From positions 2,046,001 to 2,110,000 of the forward strand of contig OZ251225.1 in assembly GCA_965240325.2 (NCBI GenBank): a DNA stretch of 64,000 bases, given 5' to 3'. The translations under genes and the position numbers were made by a program. How positions within the stretch are numbered: the first letter of the stretch is position 1; the number at the start of each line of letters is the position of its first letter. Of the stretch, positions 46,531-57,251 are shown piece by piece. The notes beneath the pieces were generated by a model, which saw only the letters and a list, made by a program, of their open reading frames with translations, made no database searches and was not told the DNA's origin. The stretch is from Rebecca billardiae RCC1528. Its lineage: Eukaryota; Protista; Haptophyta.

Positions 46531-46857
46531 CGCGCGAGTGAGCGACGGCGAGCTGTAGAGAAGGGTGAGTCGTGCGGCGGCGAGTGGCGGCGGCGTGCTT
46601 GCAGCGCGGCAGCGGCGTGCGGCGAGCGCGAACACGCGGGGCGCGCGCGGCTCCGCTGTTGCGCCCCGAGGGGCCCGCGCCGAAGAAGCGCGCTCGCTCG
46701 AGCGGGGGGCAGATCGAAGGTGATGAAGCGCGCGGTTCCGCTCAAGCGAAGTAGAAGGTGATGAGCGACGAGTGTGCCCGACGGACGACAGCGCAACGAC
46801 ACCTCACGCGCCGCCCCGCCGGCCGCCCAACAGATGGCCGAGAACGGGACGCCGAAG

Positions 46858-47662
46858 TAGCATGTGTGCGCTCACTGCCCGCGCCGCCGACATGCGCTCC
46901 AGCTCGGACGAAGGGCAGAAGGTGTTGTTGAGCGCGCCCCCGCGAGCGCGCAGCAGCTGGTGAGGAGCGTGTTGTTGAGCGCACCCCCTCGAGCGCGCAG
47001 CAGCTGGTGAGGAGCGTGGAGCGTGCCCGACACACGCCCGCTGGCGCCGCCCCGCCGTGCGCCCAGCCGCCGGACGCTGCCGATGGACGCAGAAGCAGCA
47101 TGGATGCGCACGAGTCTCGTCCAGCGCCAAAATGCGCTCGCGCGCGAGCGAGGTAGACAGCGCCGAGCGCGCCCACGCTCGAGCGAAGCAGGTGGAGATG
47201 AGCGAGGAGCGCGCCCGACGGACGGCAGCGCACCGGCACCTCGCTTACCACCCCGACGTTCCGAAGCAGCATGTGTGCGCTCACTGCCCGCGCCGCCGAC
47301 ATGCGCTCCAGCTCGGACGAAGGGCAGAAGGTGTTGTTGAGCGCGCCCCCGCGAGCGCGCAGCAGCTGGTGAGGAGCGTGTTGTTGAGCGCGCCCCCGCG
47401 AGCGCGCAGCAGCTGGTGAGGAGCGTGGAGCGTGCCCGACACACGCCCGCTGGCGCCGCCCCGCCGTGCGCCCAGCCGCCGGACGCTGCCGATGGACGCA
47501 GAAGCAGCATGGATGCGCACGAGTCTCGTCCAGCGCCAAAATGCGCTCGCGCGCGAGCGAGGCAGACAGCGCCGAGCGCGCCCACGCTCGAGCGAAGCAG
47601 GTGGAGATGAGCGAGGAGCGCGCACGACGGACGGCAGCGCACCGGCACCTCACTTACCACCC
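46858..47662. repeat. Tandem duplication, about 409-bp unit
   Basis: agcatgtgtgcgctcactgcccgc...cttaccacccc occurs at about 46859 and 47268. Confidence 0.9.
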
Positions 47663-47965
47663 CGATGTGCGCCCCCGATGTGCGCCCGGCCACCGGACGC
47701 CTCAGAAGGACACCCAGCACAAGCGTGGTCGCGCACGAGCGGATGAGAGAAGCAGAAGGCGCTGAGCGTTCCCACGAGTAAAGCAGTGGGCCATGAGGAG
47801 GAGGGAGCACGACGGACGGCAGTGCCCAGCACCTCGCGCTCCGCCTCGCAGTGCGCACGACCGTCGGATGCCGCCGCAGACGGACGCCGAAGCAGCATCG
47901 TGAGAGTTCGAGCGTGATGCACGCGCACCACGCCAGGGGGGGACAACGAGGAACGGGGAGCGAAG

Positions 47966-48426
47966 GAGGCGGAGGAGCGCCGCTGGCTGTCCGTGAGTGT
48001 GCCGGCGCCGCCGCGGCCTGCCGCCCGGGGGCCCCGGGCCCGGGCGGGGCCGCTGTGCTCAGGCGTCGGCCGGGGCAGGGTGCGCCGGGGGGCAGTCGCG
48101 GCGGAAGCGGTCGGCTGCACGACGTGGGCTGCCCTGACCGGCCCCGAAGGTGCGCCTGTCACGCCGAGGGTCGGCCCGCCTGCAGGTACGCTCACTTTCC
48201 GCTTGGTACCCGCGCCGCAAAGGCGAGCTGCTTTCGACTCACATCTCGTCACCGTGCGGTCACTCCGGCGATGCCGCTGCGAGCGCCGAGCCCGCGTCCG
48301 GCCAGGTATACGCCCACCTAGCGGGGAGGGGCACGGGCGGCGGCGGAGCAGCAACGCGGCAGTCATAACGCGATAACCGCCGCGGACTGCCAAACCCACC
48401 ACTCCCGTCGCGTCGGCCATCGCCCC
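47966..48426 (+). repeat. About 460-bp dispersed direct repeat, copy 2
   Basis: Near-identical to 43680-44138. Confidence 0.9.
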
Positions 48427-51400
48427 GAAAAAGCGCCGTGGTACCTTTGCGCGCGCTGCGCGCCACTGGGCGCACGGTGGCGGCCGCGCGCCGCCGCGCG
48501 GGCCGCATCCTCGCGGCCACTGGCGCCACCGCGAGGCCGCGCGCTCGGGCTGGGCGGGCTGCCAGCCGCGCGTAGGAGCCCGCCGCGCGCGCTCGGCCCG
48601 GCTCGCGGCCTACTCGCCGCCCGTGCGCTCGGCACGCGGCCGGCGCGACCCGGGCGGCGCGGCGCGCGAGGTTCGCGCGCCCGCTCGCCGGGCGCGTGAG
48701 CGAGTCGGGCGCGTTCGGTCGGCGGCGCCTGAGGGAGCGTGTCCCTCACAATCTGTAGCGAGCCGGGCTCCCTCGCCTCGACGCCCGAGGCGGTGTGCCG
48801 CGCGCGTTCTGTGCCGGTCTGCGGCGGCGCAGTGGCTGCGCTCGCTCACGGACGGCCGCTGGGCTTGGATGGGCGCTCTCGAGCGCGTTTGGCGGCGGAT
48901 CCCGCGCGGAGCGCTGGGGCAGGCACGGCGACCCGCTCTGTCCGCGCCCAGCCCGCCTCGTGACGGAGGCCTTGCCCATCGACCGCTCGCGCGCCTCACC
49001 GCCGGCGCTAGACCGGAGTCGGCCGTGGGCCGCACGCGCCGCGCGGGCCGCGCGCGCGCCCGGTCGGCCCACGAAGGTGGCGCGGCATCTGGCGGCACGC
49101 GACGGCAATGCAGTTGCAGCAGCCTACCTTTCAGCTGGCATCTCTGCTCAGCCGGTCGCACTCGTTTCTCGCCATGCTCAGCGCTCATGCGTCTTCATGC
49201 CTGCGGTGCTGGAGGAGTGCCCTCCTGCTGCAGTCATGACCACTGGCTGCAGCCCTTTGAGTGCGCTAGCTGGCAGCGTTCACAGACATGCGGCGCGCGG
49301 CGCATGCTGCTGTCCGCGCCCAATGCGCCCACAGCTGCGCTGGCCTTGGCACAGCAGGGCACAAAGCGCTGCTATCGCCCATAGCAGTGACTGTGCCGAG
49401 CCGACTGAGCACCGGCTGCGCATGCGCACAAGCTGAGCTAGCAGGCCCAGCTAGAGTGTTGGCGAGCGACATGCGCAGTTGATGCAGTTTGGGCCGCCCG
49501 AGCGCAGCCGCGCACGCCCGTCTCACGGCCGTGCTAGGCATGCCGTGCCCATGGCTGTGTGCGCGCTGTTCACTCAGCAGTGCTGCACTCAGCTCTGTAG
49601 TGTGCGCGAGCCCGCGCGTGTGCAGTGCCGACAGCTCTGCCAGACTCGCCAGAGCCCGAGCAGCAGCACGGATGTAGGGAACGTGCACCTGTTGAGCGGA
49701 CGACGCTGCTTGAAACCCGTTGCCATGCGCACCTGGGACCACCACCCGGCCTGCTGATGTAGTGTCGACCGTTGAGCTTGAATACTGTGCGATGACCGCG
49801 CTAGACTGGACTGGCTGGGCAGCGGCGATGGCGGCGGAGACGATGGCGGCGACGACGCTCTGGGATTAGGGGCGGACTGGGCGGTGATGATGACGGTGAT
49901 GACGGCTGTGGACTAGGTGGTGACGACGCTGGCGGTGATGGTGGTAGCGATGGTGGTGGGATCCGCGGTGGGCTCGGCGGCGGACTGGGAGGAGGGGGCG
50001 ACTGTGGCGGTGATGGCTGCGGGCTTGGCTGCGAGCTCGGTGGTGGGCCTGGCGGCGGCGACGGCAGCGTTCTACGCGGCGGGCGTAGCGGCGGAGACGT
50101 TGGCAGTGGTGGCGGCGGGTACGCCAGTGGCGATGCTGGTGGCGACGACGGTTGGCTGGACGGCGGGCTGGGTGGCACCTGCAGCCAGCCCTTCCAGCAA
50201 GCAATGCTGACCATGCGGGCAGCAGTGTCAGTCGGGCATGATTCTCAACCGCACTCGCTACCTGCAGCGCCGCCTCGGCGTGCTCTCTCGCACTGCGACG
50301 TCCGCGTGTGACACGGGGCACAGCCTCTGCCGCCTGACCAGCAGCAGCTCGCCCCACTGAATTGCACTCTGGATGGCACGGCTACACAAGCAGTCACCAA
50401 TGATGCCTTGGTCTGCCAGACGGTCACACAGGCTGGCTGGCGCACTCAGCGCGCCTCTGCCGCGGCAGCAGATGGCGAGCTGCTTGCGCTTGGCGTTTGA
50501 GGCAAGGTTGGCCGGCGCGCACAGCTGGTGGCCCACCACGATCTCGACCTCGGGAGGAAGCGCCTTATGGGCCGAGCAAACTTGCGAGCACACTATGGGC
50601 CGGCGCGTGCCTGCTCGGCCAGCAACTGCCGTCCTGGATGCCGAGCCCGAGATGATGTCGGCCAGCACGGTGGGCTGCCTCGGGCCTGCCTCGGGCATAC
50701 CGTGATGGCGCATGTTCGCTCGGTCGTGTGCCTAGCCGCATCGACGCGGGCACGGCATCGGTGATGGCGGCTCTGACCTGTCAGCCAGAGAGTCTCCGCT
50801 GACGTGACACCACGACGGGCCTGGCCGTCGATGTTGTTAGGTATTCGGGTCGCCGCCTCAGTTGTTTGACTCACCCGACCTTCCGCCTAGACGTGTTGGA
50901 CGTAGCCACGTGCTATCTACTGGCGCATACCTGGATGTGTGTGGCATAGCCTCTCGCGTGCCCAGCGATGTATCAGGCACGGGGCAAGCTGCATACGTAG
51001 CCCGCAGGCTAAGCGCCGCTCACGATTGCTACACTTCTGACTTGTGCCCACTTCGTGCACAGCGACACACGCGCGCATGCTGGAGCCAGGCGCGCCAAAG
51101 GCGACGGCCAAGAAGGCGTGCGGCCAGCCAGCGCATGCGAGAGTCAGGCGCAGTGAAGAGCACATCGCATCGCCTTCGTGGGCCGACCGGGCGCGCGCGC
51201 GGCCCGCGCGGCGCGTGCGGCCCACGCCCGACTCCGGTCTAGCGCCGGCGGTGAGGCGCGCGAGCGGTCGATGGGCAAGGCCTCCGTCACGAGGCGGGCT
51301 GGGCGCGGACAGAGCGGGTCGCCGTGCCTGCCCCAGCGCTCCGCGCGGGATCCGCCGCCAAACGCGCTCGAGAGCGCCCATGCAAGCCCAGCGGCCGTCC

Positions 51401-51823
51401 GTGCGCGAGCGCAGCCACTGCGCCGCCGCAGACCGGCACAGAACGCGCGCGGCGCACCGCCTCGGGCGTCGAGGCGAGGGAGCCCGGCTCGCTACAGATT
51501 GTGAGGGATACGCTCCCTCAGGCGCCGCCGACCGAACGCGCCCGACTCGCTCACGCGCCCGGCGAGCGGGCGCGCGAACCTCGCGCGCCGCGCCGCCCGG
51601 GTCGCGCCGGCCGCGTGCCGAGCGCACGGGCGGCGAGTAGGCCGCGAGCCGGGCCGAGCGCGCGCGGCGGGCTCCTACGCGCGGCTGGCAGCCCGCCCAG
51701 CCCGAGCGCGCGGCCTCGCGGTGGCGCCAGTGGCCGCGAGGATGCGGCCCGCGCGGCGGCGCGCGGCCGCCACCGTGCGCCCAGTGGCGCGCAGCGCGCG
51801 CAAAGGTACCACGGCGCTTTTTC
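48427..51823. repeat. About 650-bp inverted repeats enclosing 2.1 kb of gene-like DNA (Pack-MULE-like layout)
   Basis: 48427-49077 is the reverse complement of 51173-51823. No TSD found. Confidence 0.85.
49801..50860 (-). pseudogene. Degenerate fragment of a (SPPP)n/Cys-containing surface protein gene
   Basis: PPSPPSSQPSSPP...PSPPPSPP ORF at 49801-50214, preceded by broken Cys-containing frames. Confidence 0.4.
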
Positions 51824-51900
51824 AGACGCGGCGAAAGCGCGACTTCGACCGCGCGCCTCCGCTGCGCACATCACGGGCCGGGCCCGTCTTGGGGGGGGGA

Positions 51901-53000
51901 GAGTCAAGGGTGCCCGCGCCCCAGTGGCGCGCTCAGCGGATGTTGGCACACAGATTTTTGCCCGACGCCTGCGGCGGGCGGCGGCGAGGGCGTGCTCCGC
52001 TGGCGGGGCGAGCGCACGGGGCACGGCGCTGCGGGCGCGGATGTGCCCGCGAAGCCGGCGCGTGCGGACGGGCTGTTGCGGGAGAGTATCTGGCGCCCTC
52101 CTGCGCCGCGCGTCTTGCGCAACGCCTCTTTCGCCTCGGCTCAGGGCAGCGCGCACGCACGCGCCGCCTCAAGGCCAGCCTTGCCTGCGCCGCAGCCGAC
52201 CGCGCGCGCGCCGTGCGCGGCGTGGTCGGGAAGGAGCGGGCGCTGCTGCCGGGCGAGATGGCGACACCATGCGCGCACGCCATGCCGCCCTGCGATGCCG
52301 CGACAGGGCACGGCAATAGATCTGCACAGCTGTTGACGAGTGCTGATCGCTTGTCATGCCAAGCCAGACCTGAGCTCGAAGAAGATGATGAAAGAGCATC
52401 AGCGCGAGGAAAGCGTCGCTCCCAGCACTTCTGCATGACCACGCGGTGATGAACATTCATGTAAGAGTAGCCCGCGTGCCCGTCTGGCACTGTTCTGGGT
52501 CTCAATGATCGTCCCGACATTCCGACAAGGGTCACGACCGCGAGGCCGTGCACAACATTTGTGACAAGTCAAAGAGGCATGCAAACAGACCGACGACGCG
52601 CTCGTCAAGGCGTGGCGGGGCGGCATGGCGTGCACGCATGATGTCGCCATCTCGCCCGGCAGCAGCGCCCGCTCCTTCCCGACCAATCCGCGCACGGCGC
52701 GCGCGCGGTCGGCTGCGGCGCAGGCAAGGCTGGCCTTGAGGCGGCGCGTGCGTGCGCGCTGCCCTGAGCCGAGGCGAAAGAGGCGTTGCGCAAGACGCAC
52801 GGCGCAGGAGGGCGCCAGATACTCTCCCGCAACAGGCACGCGCCGGCTTCGCGGGCACATCCGCGCCCGCAGCGCCGTGCCCCGTGCGCTCGCCCCGCCA
52901 GCGGAGCACGCCCTCGCCGCCGCCCGCCGCAGGCGTCGGGCAAAAATCTGTGTGCCAACATCCGCTGAGCGCGCCACTGGGGCGCGGGCACCCTTGACTC
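51901..53000. repeat. Fold-back inverted repeat, about 385-bp arms
   Basis: 51901-52290 is the reverse complement of 52618-53000; spacer about 330 bp. Confidence 0.9.
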
Positions 53001-53286
53001 CCTTGCCTGGGGCGCCCATCCGCCCGGGCCGGCCGATTTCGGATGAGGGCCTCCCCACCGGCCGGCCGCCCGCCCCGGCCGGCGCTCCACCTCCCCTCCC
53101 TCCCTTCACGAGGCTCGACAGCACCCGCGCGCCGACGACGCGACGCGGAGAGGCCGACTGAGGGCGCGGCCCTCGCTAAGGCCCCGGGGCTTATCGACCC
53201 CCTCGAGCGCCCGCCCGCCCCGCACGTCACCCCGCGCCGCGCACGGGCACGTGCAAGCCGGGCCTCCATCACGGGTTCAGAAGCAG

Positions 53287-55122
53287 ATGTCCTTTATGGC
53301 AGGACCGTTTCCGCCGGTGATTTGGGCGTGGTTGGCAGTGGCCGTGGGTGTCCTGTACCGCATCTGGCAGCGTTCACGCGCATCCGGCCAGGCGAAGCTA
53401 CGCTCAAGCCCGCCACCTTCGCCTTCACCGACCATCGAGCGCGCATCACCGCCGGGCCGCAGCGTTGACGAGGACGCCGGCCGCGCCGAGATGCGCGTGA
53501 CAGAGTACGAGGCAACGCGGAGCTGTGGGCTGGGCGGCAGCGACGAGCTCAGCCCGCTTGCGGTGGAGTGCAGCGGGTGCTCTCGCCTTGCAGACGCGCA
53601 GGACATGCCGCTGCGATGCGCGCAGTGCACGCTCGCGCACTACTGCAGTGCCGCATGCAAGCAGTCTGCGCAAGTTGCCCACGAGCCCGTCTGCACGGCT
53701 GCGTGCGCCGGGGGGAGCAAGTGGCTGCCGACTGCGCGCGCGTGCATGCGCGCATTGCTCGAGCTCAACGCGCTCGGCGTGTCCGAGTCGAGCATGCACA
53801 TGACGCAGCGCCATCGCGCGCGTGCGCTCACGGCCTTTGTGGTGCGCGTGCGCAAAGGCGAGCTGCCGCGGCACCCCCGTGACGCGCACGTGTGCATGTT
53901 CGGCGAGCACGCGGAGGGCGAGACGCTGTGCCTCACGGAGTTCGGCGCGGACGCGCTCCTGCTCAGGGAGTACGTGCTCTCGGGGCTGTGCGCGCTGTGC
54001 CAGGCGCAGGCACTCGGCGCCCCCCGCACGGCCGCTGGCGCGTCGGCCGCGCTGCGGCCGGAGCCACCCGCGCGCCCCGCGCCGCCCCCGGCGGAGGAGG
54101 TCCCGGAGTTGGTGTGCTGCAGCGCGAACGGGAGGTGGGCGCCCCCGCGACCGCGGCTGACGCTCGTCGCGCGCGCCACGTGCTGGGGAAGCCCGCCGCC
54201 GCTCACGGCCGACAGCGCCGCACGCCCCCTTTGGGTGAGCCAGGAACGGTTGACACTGGTGGGCTACTGCCACGCGCCCGCGCGCCACGCGCTGCGGATG
54301 ACGCAGCGCGCGACGGCGGCCGGTGGGGGCGGCCCAGGCGTGGTGATCGTCGGAAGCCTCGACCCGCGCCACGTGCGCGAGGCGCGCGGAGAGCCGTTCG
54401 CCGAGCTGCGCGGCATGGATGGCACGTCACGCTGCGCGCCGCTCGCCCTCGTTCGCTCGGCGCTCTGTCGCGCCGAGCTGGACGTGGCGAGCGATCAGCC
54501 GCCGCATTCGGCGCAGTGCGCAGGCACGGTGCTGCCGGAGGTCGAGCTGCCGACGCGGCTGGGCGCGCTGCCGCCGCTCGCCGCCGTGCTCGCCCTCTCC
54601 CGCGCGCCCGGGCTCTCACTCGCGCGCGTGCGCATCCCAGGCGCTGGGAGCGCGGGCGGCGCGCGCGCGGTCGCCCTGCTAGACGCAGAGTTAGGGCGCA
54701 TGGCGCCGCCCGGGCGGCAGCTGCTGCGGCTGATGCTGCACGAGGCGCGCGCCCAGGCGGTCGAGCCGCCCGATGGCGTGATGCCGGGCTTCTTCGGCGT
54801 GCCGGAGGCGTGGCTGCGCGCACACGTTCTCGAGCTGCTCCCCGCAGGCAGGCCACATCGCGCCAGCCGCGCAGACAGCCGCGGCACCGCGAGACAGCTC
54901 GTCAAGCGGCGCGAGCGCCGGTCGTCTGACCACGGGCAGCACGGTGGCCGTGACGACGGGCAGGATGCTGGCGACGATGGCGCGGTGACGAACGAGGAAG
55001 ACGAGTGCGTGCGCGACCCTCTCGACACACTTCGAGCCTGGCTGGCGGCACCAGCACGCCCAGCCGTGCCCGAGACAGAGGCTGTCGACGCTATCATCGT
55101 GGGACCTGAGACTGATATGTAG
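53287..55122 (+). CDS. MYND-type zinc-finger protein with N-terminal membrane anchor
   Basis: TM-like VIWAWLAVAVGVLY, then CSGC-x12-CAQC-x5-CSAAC-x7-H-x3-C (MYND pattern); GC3 bias. Confidence 0.75.
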   Translation: MSFMAGPFPPVIWAWLAVAVGVLYRIWQRSRASGQAKLRSSPPPSPSPTIERASPPGRSVDEDAGRAEMRVTEYEATRSCGLGGSDELSPLAVECSGCSRLADAQDMPLRCAQCTLAHYCSAACKQSAQVAHEPVCTAACAGGSKWLPTARACMRALLELNALGVSESSMHMTQRHRARALTAFVVRVRKGELPRHPRDAHVCMFGEHAEGETLCLTEFGADALLLREYVLSGLCALCQAQALGAPRTAAGASAALRPEPPARPAPPPAEEVPELVCCSANGRWAPPRPRLTLVARATCWGSPPPLTADSAARPLWVSQERLTLVGYCHAPARHALRMTQRATAAGGGGPGVVIVGSLDPRHVREARGEPFAELRGMDGTSRCAPLALVRSALCRAELDVASDQPPHSAQCAGTVLPEVELPTRLGALPPLAAVLALSRAPGLSLARVRIPGAGSAGGARAVALLDAELGRMAPPGRQLLRLMLHEARAQAVEPPDGVMPGFFGVPEAWLRAHVLELLPAGRPHRASRADSRGTARQLVKRRERRSSDHGQHGGRDDGQDAGDDGAVTNEEDECVRDPLDTLRAWLAAPARPAVPETEAVDAIIVGPETDM

Positions 55123-55341
55123 TGACTGCGGCTGTGAGAGTACGCCGCACTGTGAAGCAGGCCAGACTGTGCGGGCGAATAATGTTGCAGCGACGAATAA
55201 TCGCTGCTGACCAAGGGCCGTATGCTGACGATGCATTGCGCACGCTGCTGCTGATTATGATTCAGATGATGCGATGACGATGATGATGATGTCGCGATCG
55301 AATATACGCGCACGCGCTTGTCTCGGATAATCTCAGCTGCT

Positions 55342-56769
55342 TCACTGCGCGCACCTTGCACAGAGCGGGATCTTGCCAGGGCCAGCGAAGAATTCGACGC
55401 CCCCGCGCAGGGGCGCCGTGCAGCGCTTGCACACAAAGCAGTCGGGATGCCACGCGCCCCCGAGGGCGTTGAGGGTCGTGGACATGATGGGCCGGGCGCA
55501 GCCGGCGCACCGGAGGGCCGCGTGCTGCGCGTAGCACTCGTCGCACACGTTCTGCCCGGCCTCGTGCCGGTAGGTGCCCCCGATGGCGCGCGCGCAGCGC
55601 GCGCAGGTGAAGCATTCCGCGTGGAAGCGCTGAGCGTGGCCGCGTCCAGACACGGGCGGCACCTCAATATAGCGGCCCGACACGATGCGCTTGCCGCAGC
55701 CCGCGCACGCGTCAGGGCTCACCGCGCGCGGCCGCGCGGGGGCTGGCGCGGCTGGGGAGGCGCGCTGCGGCGGCGCGGCCTTGCCGGCGCTGCCTGCGGC
55801 CTTCGGGGCACCCTGCGGCGGAGAGGCCGCAGCCCCGGCGCGCGCGCTCACGGCCGCCGCCTGGGACGCGCTTGCCCGGCCGCCGGCGGAGTCGCACCGC
55901 GCGGTCACGCCCGCGGCCGGCGGCCTCTCGCCGGGCACGCCACGGCCCTCGGCGAGCTGACGCTCGCGCGCCGCGACGGCCGCCTCGTCCTCGTCGAAGG
56001 CTTGCGCCAGCTCGACGATGAGCGCCGCGCCGAAGGTGCGGTGCGGTGAGACTGCGCAGCCCGCCACCGCAAGTTCCGGGTCGAAGAGCACGGTCCGGTG
56101 CGCGCGCGCGGGGTCGCCGTCGTCAATGAGCAGGCTGAGGAGGGAGGCCTCCAGAGCCTCCGCGGCGTCCGCCCCGTCGGCCACGCGCCCAAAGTGCGCA
56201 AGGCTCGCGCGGGCGCCTTGCCAGGTGCCGTAGCGCTCCAAGCGATCCGAAGGCCCGCTCCCATCCGCGCCGTCCATGCCGGTGGCGCCGCGCGCGCCCA
56301 CGTCCGCTGCGTGGTCGGCCGCGGCGCGGCGCAGGCCCTCGCTGGGCGCCACGGGGCTCAGGGGGCCCAGGTAGGCCCGCTCCTCCAGGAAGGCGATGCA
56401 GTCGTGCACGGCCGCCGCGCCTTCCTTCGTGCGCAGGAGCACGCGCGCGCTGCTGCCGCCTTCTGCGCCTCCGTCGTACTCGAGGCCACGGAAGCGGGGC
56501 AGCCGCGCGCGCAGGGCGGGGATGAGGCAGGCGGGGTCCTGTCTCGCGTCGCTGAGGAGCTCGGCGAAGAGGGCGTTGGTGCGCGGGCCGTCGGCGAGGG
56601 GATGCGATGGATCCGCAAGCAGGACGGAGCCCGAGGGGCGGCGGGGCGCGGCGCCGCCGGTGGCGGATGCATCCTGGTGGAGGCTTGGGGGAGGCCGTGC
56701 GGCAGCCGCGACGGTCGTGGGGCTCACGACCTCGGCAGCAGTGGCTCGCTCGCGAGGTGGTGCGCGCAT
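55342..56769 (-). CDS. CAP/SCP-domain protein with two C-terminal LIM domains
   Basis: CAP-like TKEG.AAV.DCI.FL, GL..AA.DH..D.G..G.DGS.P.DRL.RYG.W and LLIDDG...R.HR..LF. Two LIM motifs: CAGC...FHAECFTCARC...CDECY and CAGC...WHPDCFVCKRC...CARC. Confidence 0.88.
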   Translation of the reverse strand: MRAPPRERATAAEVVSPTTVAAAARPPPSLHQDASATGGAAPRRPSGSVLLADPSHPLADGPRTNALFAELLSDARQDPACLIPALRARLPRFRGLEYDGGAEGGSSARVLLRTKEGAAAVHDCIAFLEERAYLGPLSPVAPSEGLRRAAADHAADVGARGATGMDGADGSGPSDRLERYGTWQGARASLAHFGRVADGADAAEALEASLLSLLIDDGDPARAHRTVLFDPELAVAGCAVSPHRTFGAALIVELAQAFDEDEAAVAARERQLAEGRGVPGERPPAAGVTARCDSAGGRASASQAAAVSARAGAAASPPQGAPKAAGSAGKAAPPQRASPAAPAPARPRAVSPDACAGCGKRIVSGRYIEVPPVSGRGHAQRFHAECFTCARCARAIGGTYRHEAGQNVCDECYAQHAALRCAGCARPIMSTTLNALGGAWHPDCFVCKRCTAPLRGGVEFFAGPGKIPLCARCAQ

Positions 56770-57251
56770 GATGACCGCCGCCTCGCCGTCGGGTTGACGA
56801 CCGGCCCGGCCCGGGCGGCCGCGATATGGAACCAAGTCGCCGTAGTATTGCCGGAGGTGGGAAGGAAGTGCGCGCCTGCGCGGTTTGGCAGCAGACAAGT
56901 TCAGCTGTACAGTCAATCAAGTGTGATTGATGAGCAGTGATGATCATCAAGAAGTCGACTCTTGATGGTCCTTTGGACGACCCTTCAGCCCCTTTGCCGG
57001 TGGCGTTGAACCTTTGGACGACTGCTGCGTGCGCGCTACTAACGACGTGATAGTGACAGCAATCAGCTGGTACCTATAGTCGTAATCGTCAGCACTAGAG
57101 GTAAGACGACGATAGTCCAACATAGATATCGTCGTCGGCGATGATGCTACCGCTGGTACCGACGTCGTCGGATCACCTGTGTCCATCAAACTCCGCCCTC
57201 ACTCCTAACCAGGAGGCAGGAGGCCGGATGGCGGCCCATGCCGATGATGCA

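Noticed and set aside
43628-48420. Long Arg/Ala/Pro-rich ORFs (for example 630 aa at 43628-45520)
   Set aside because: These are stop-poor GC-rich repeat DNA with no domain signatures.
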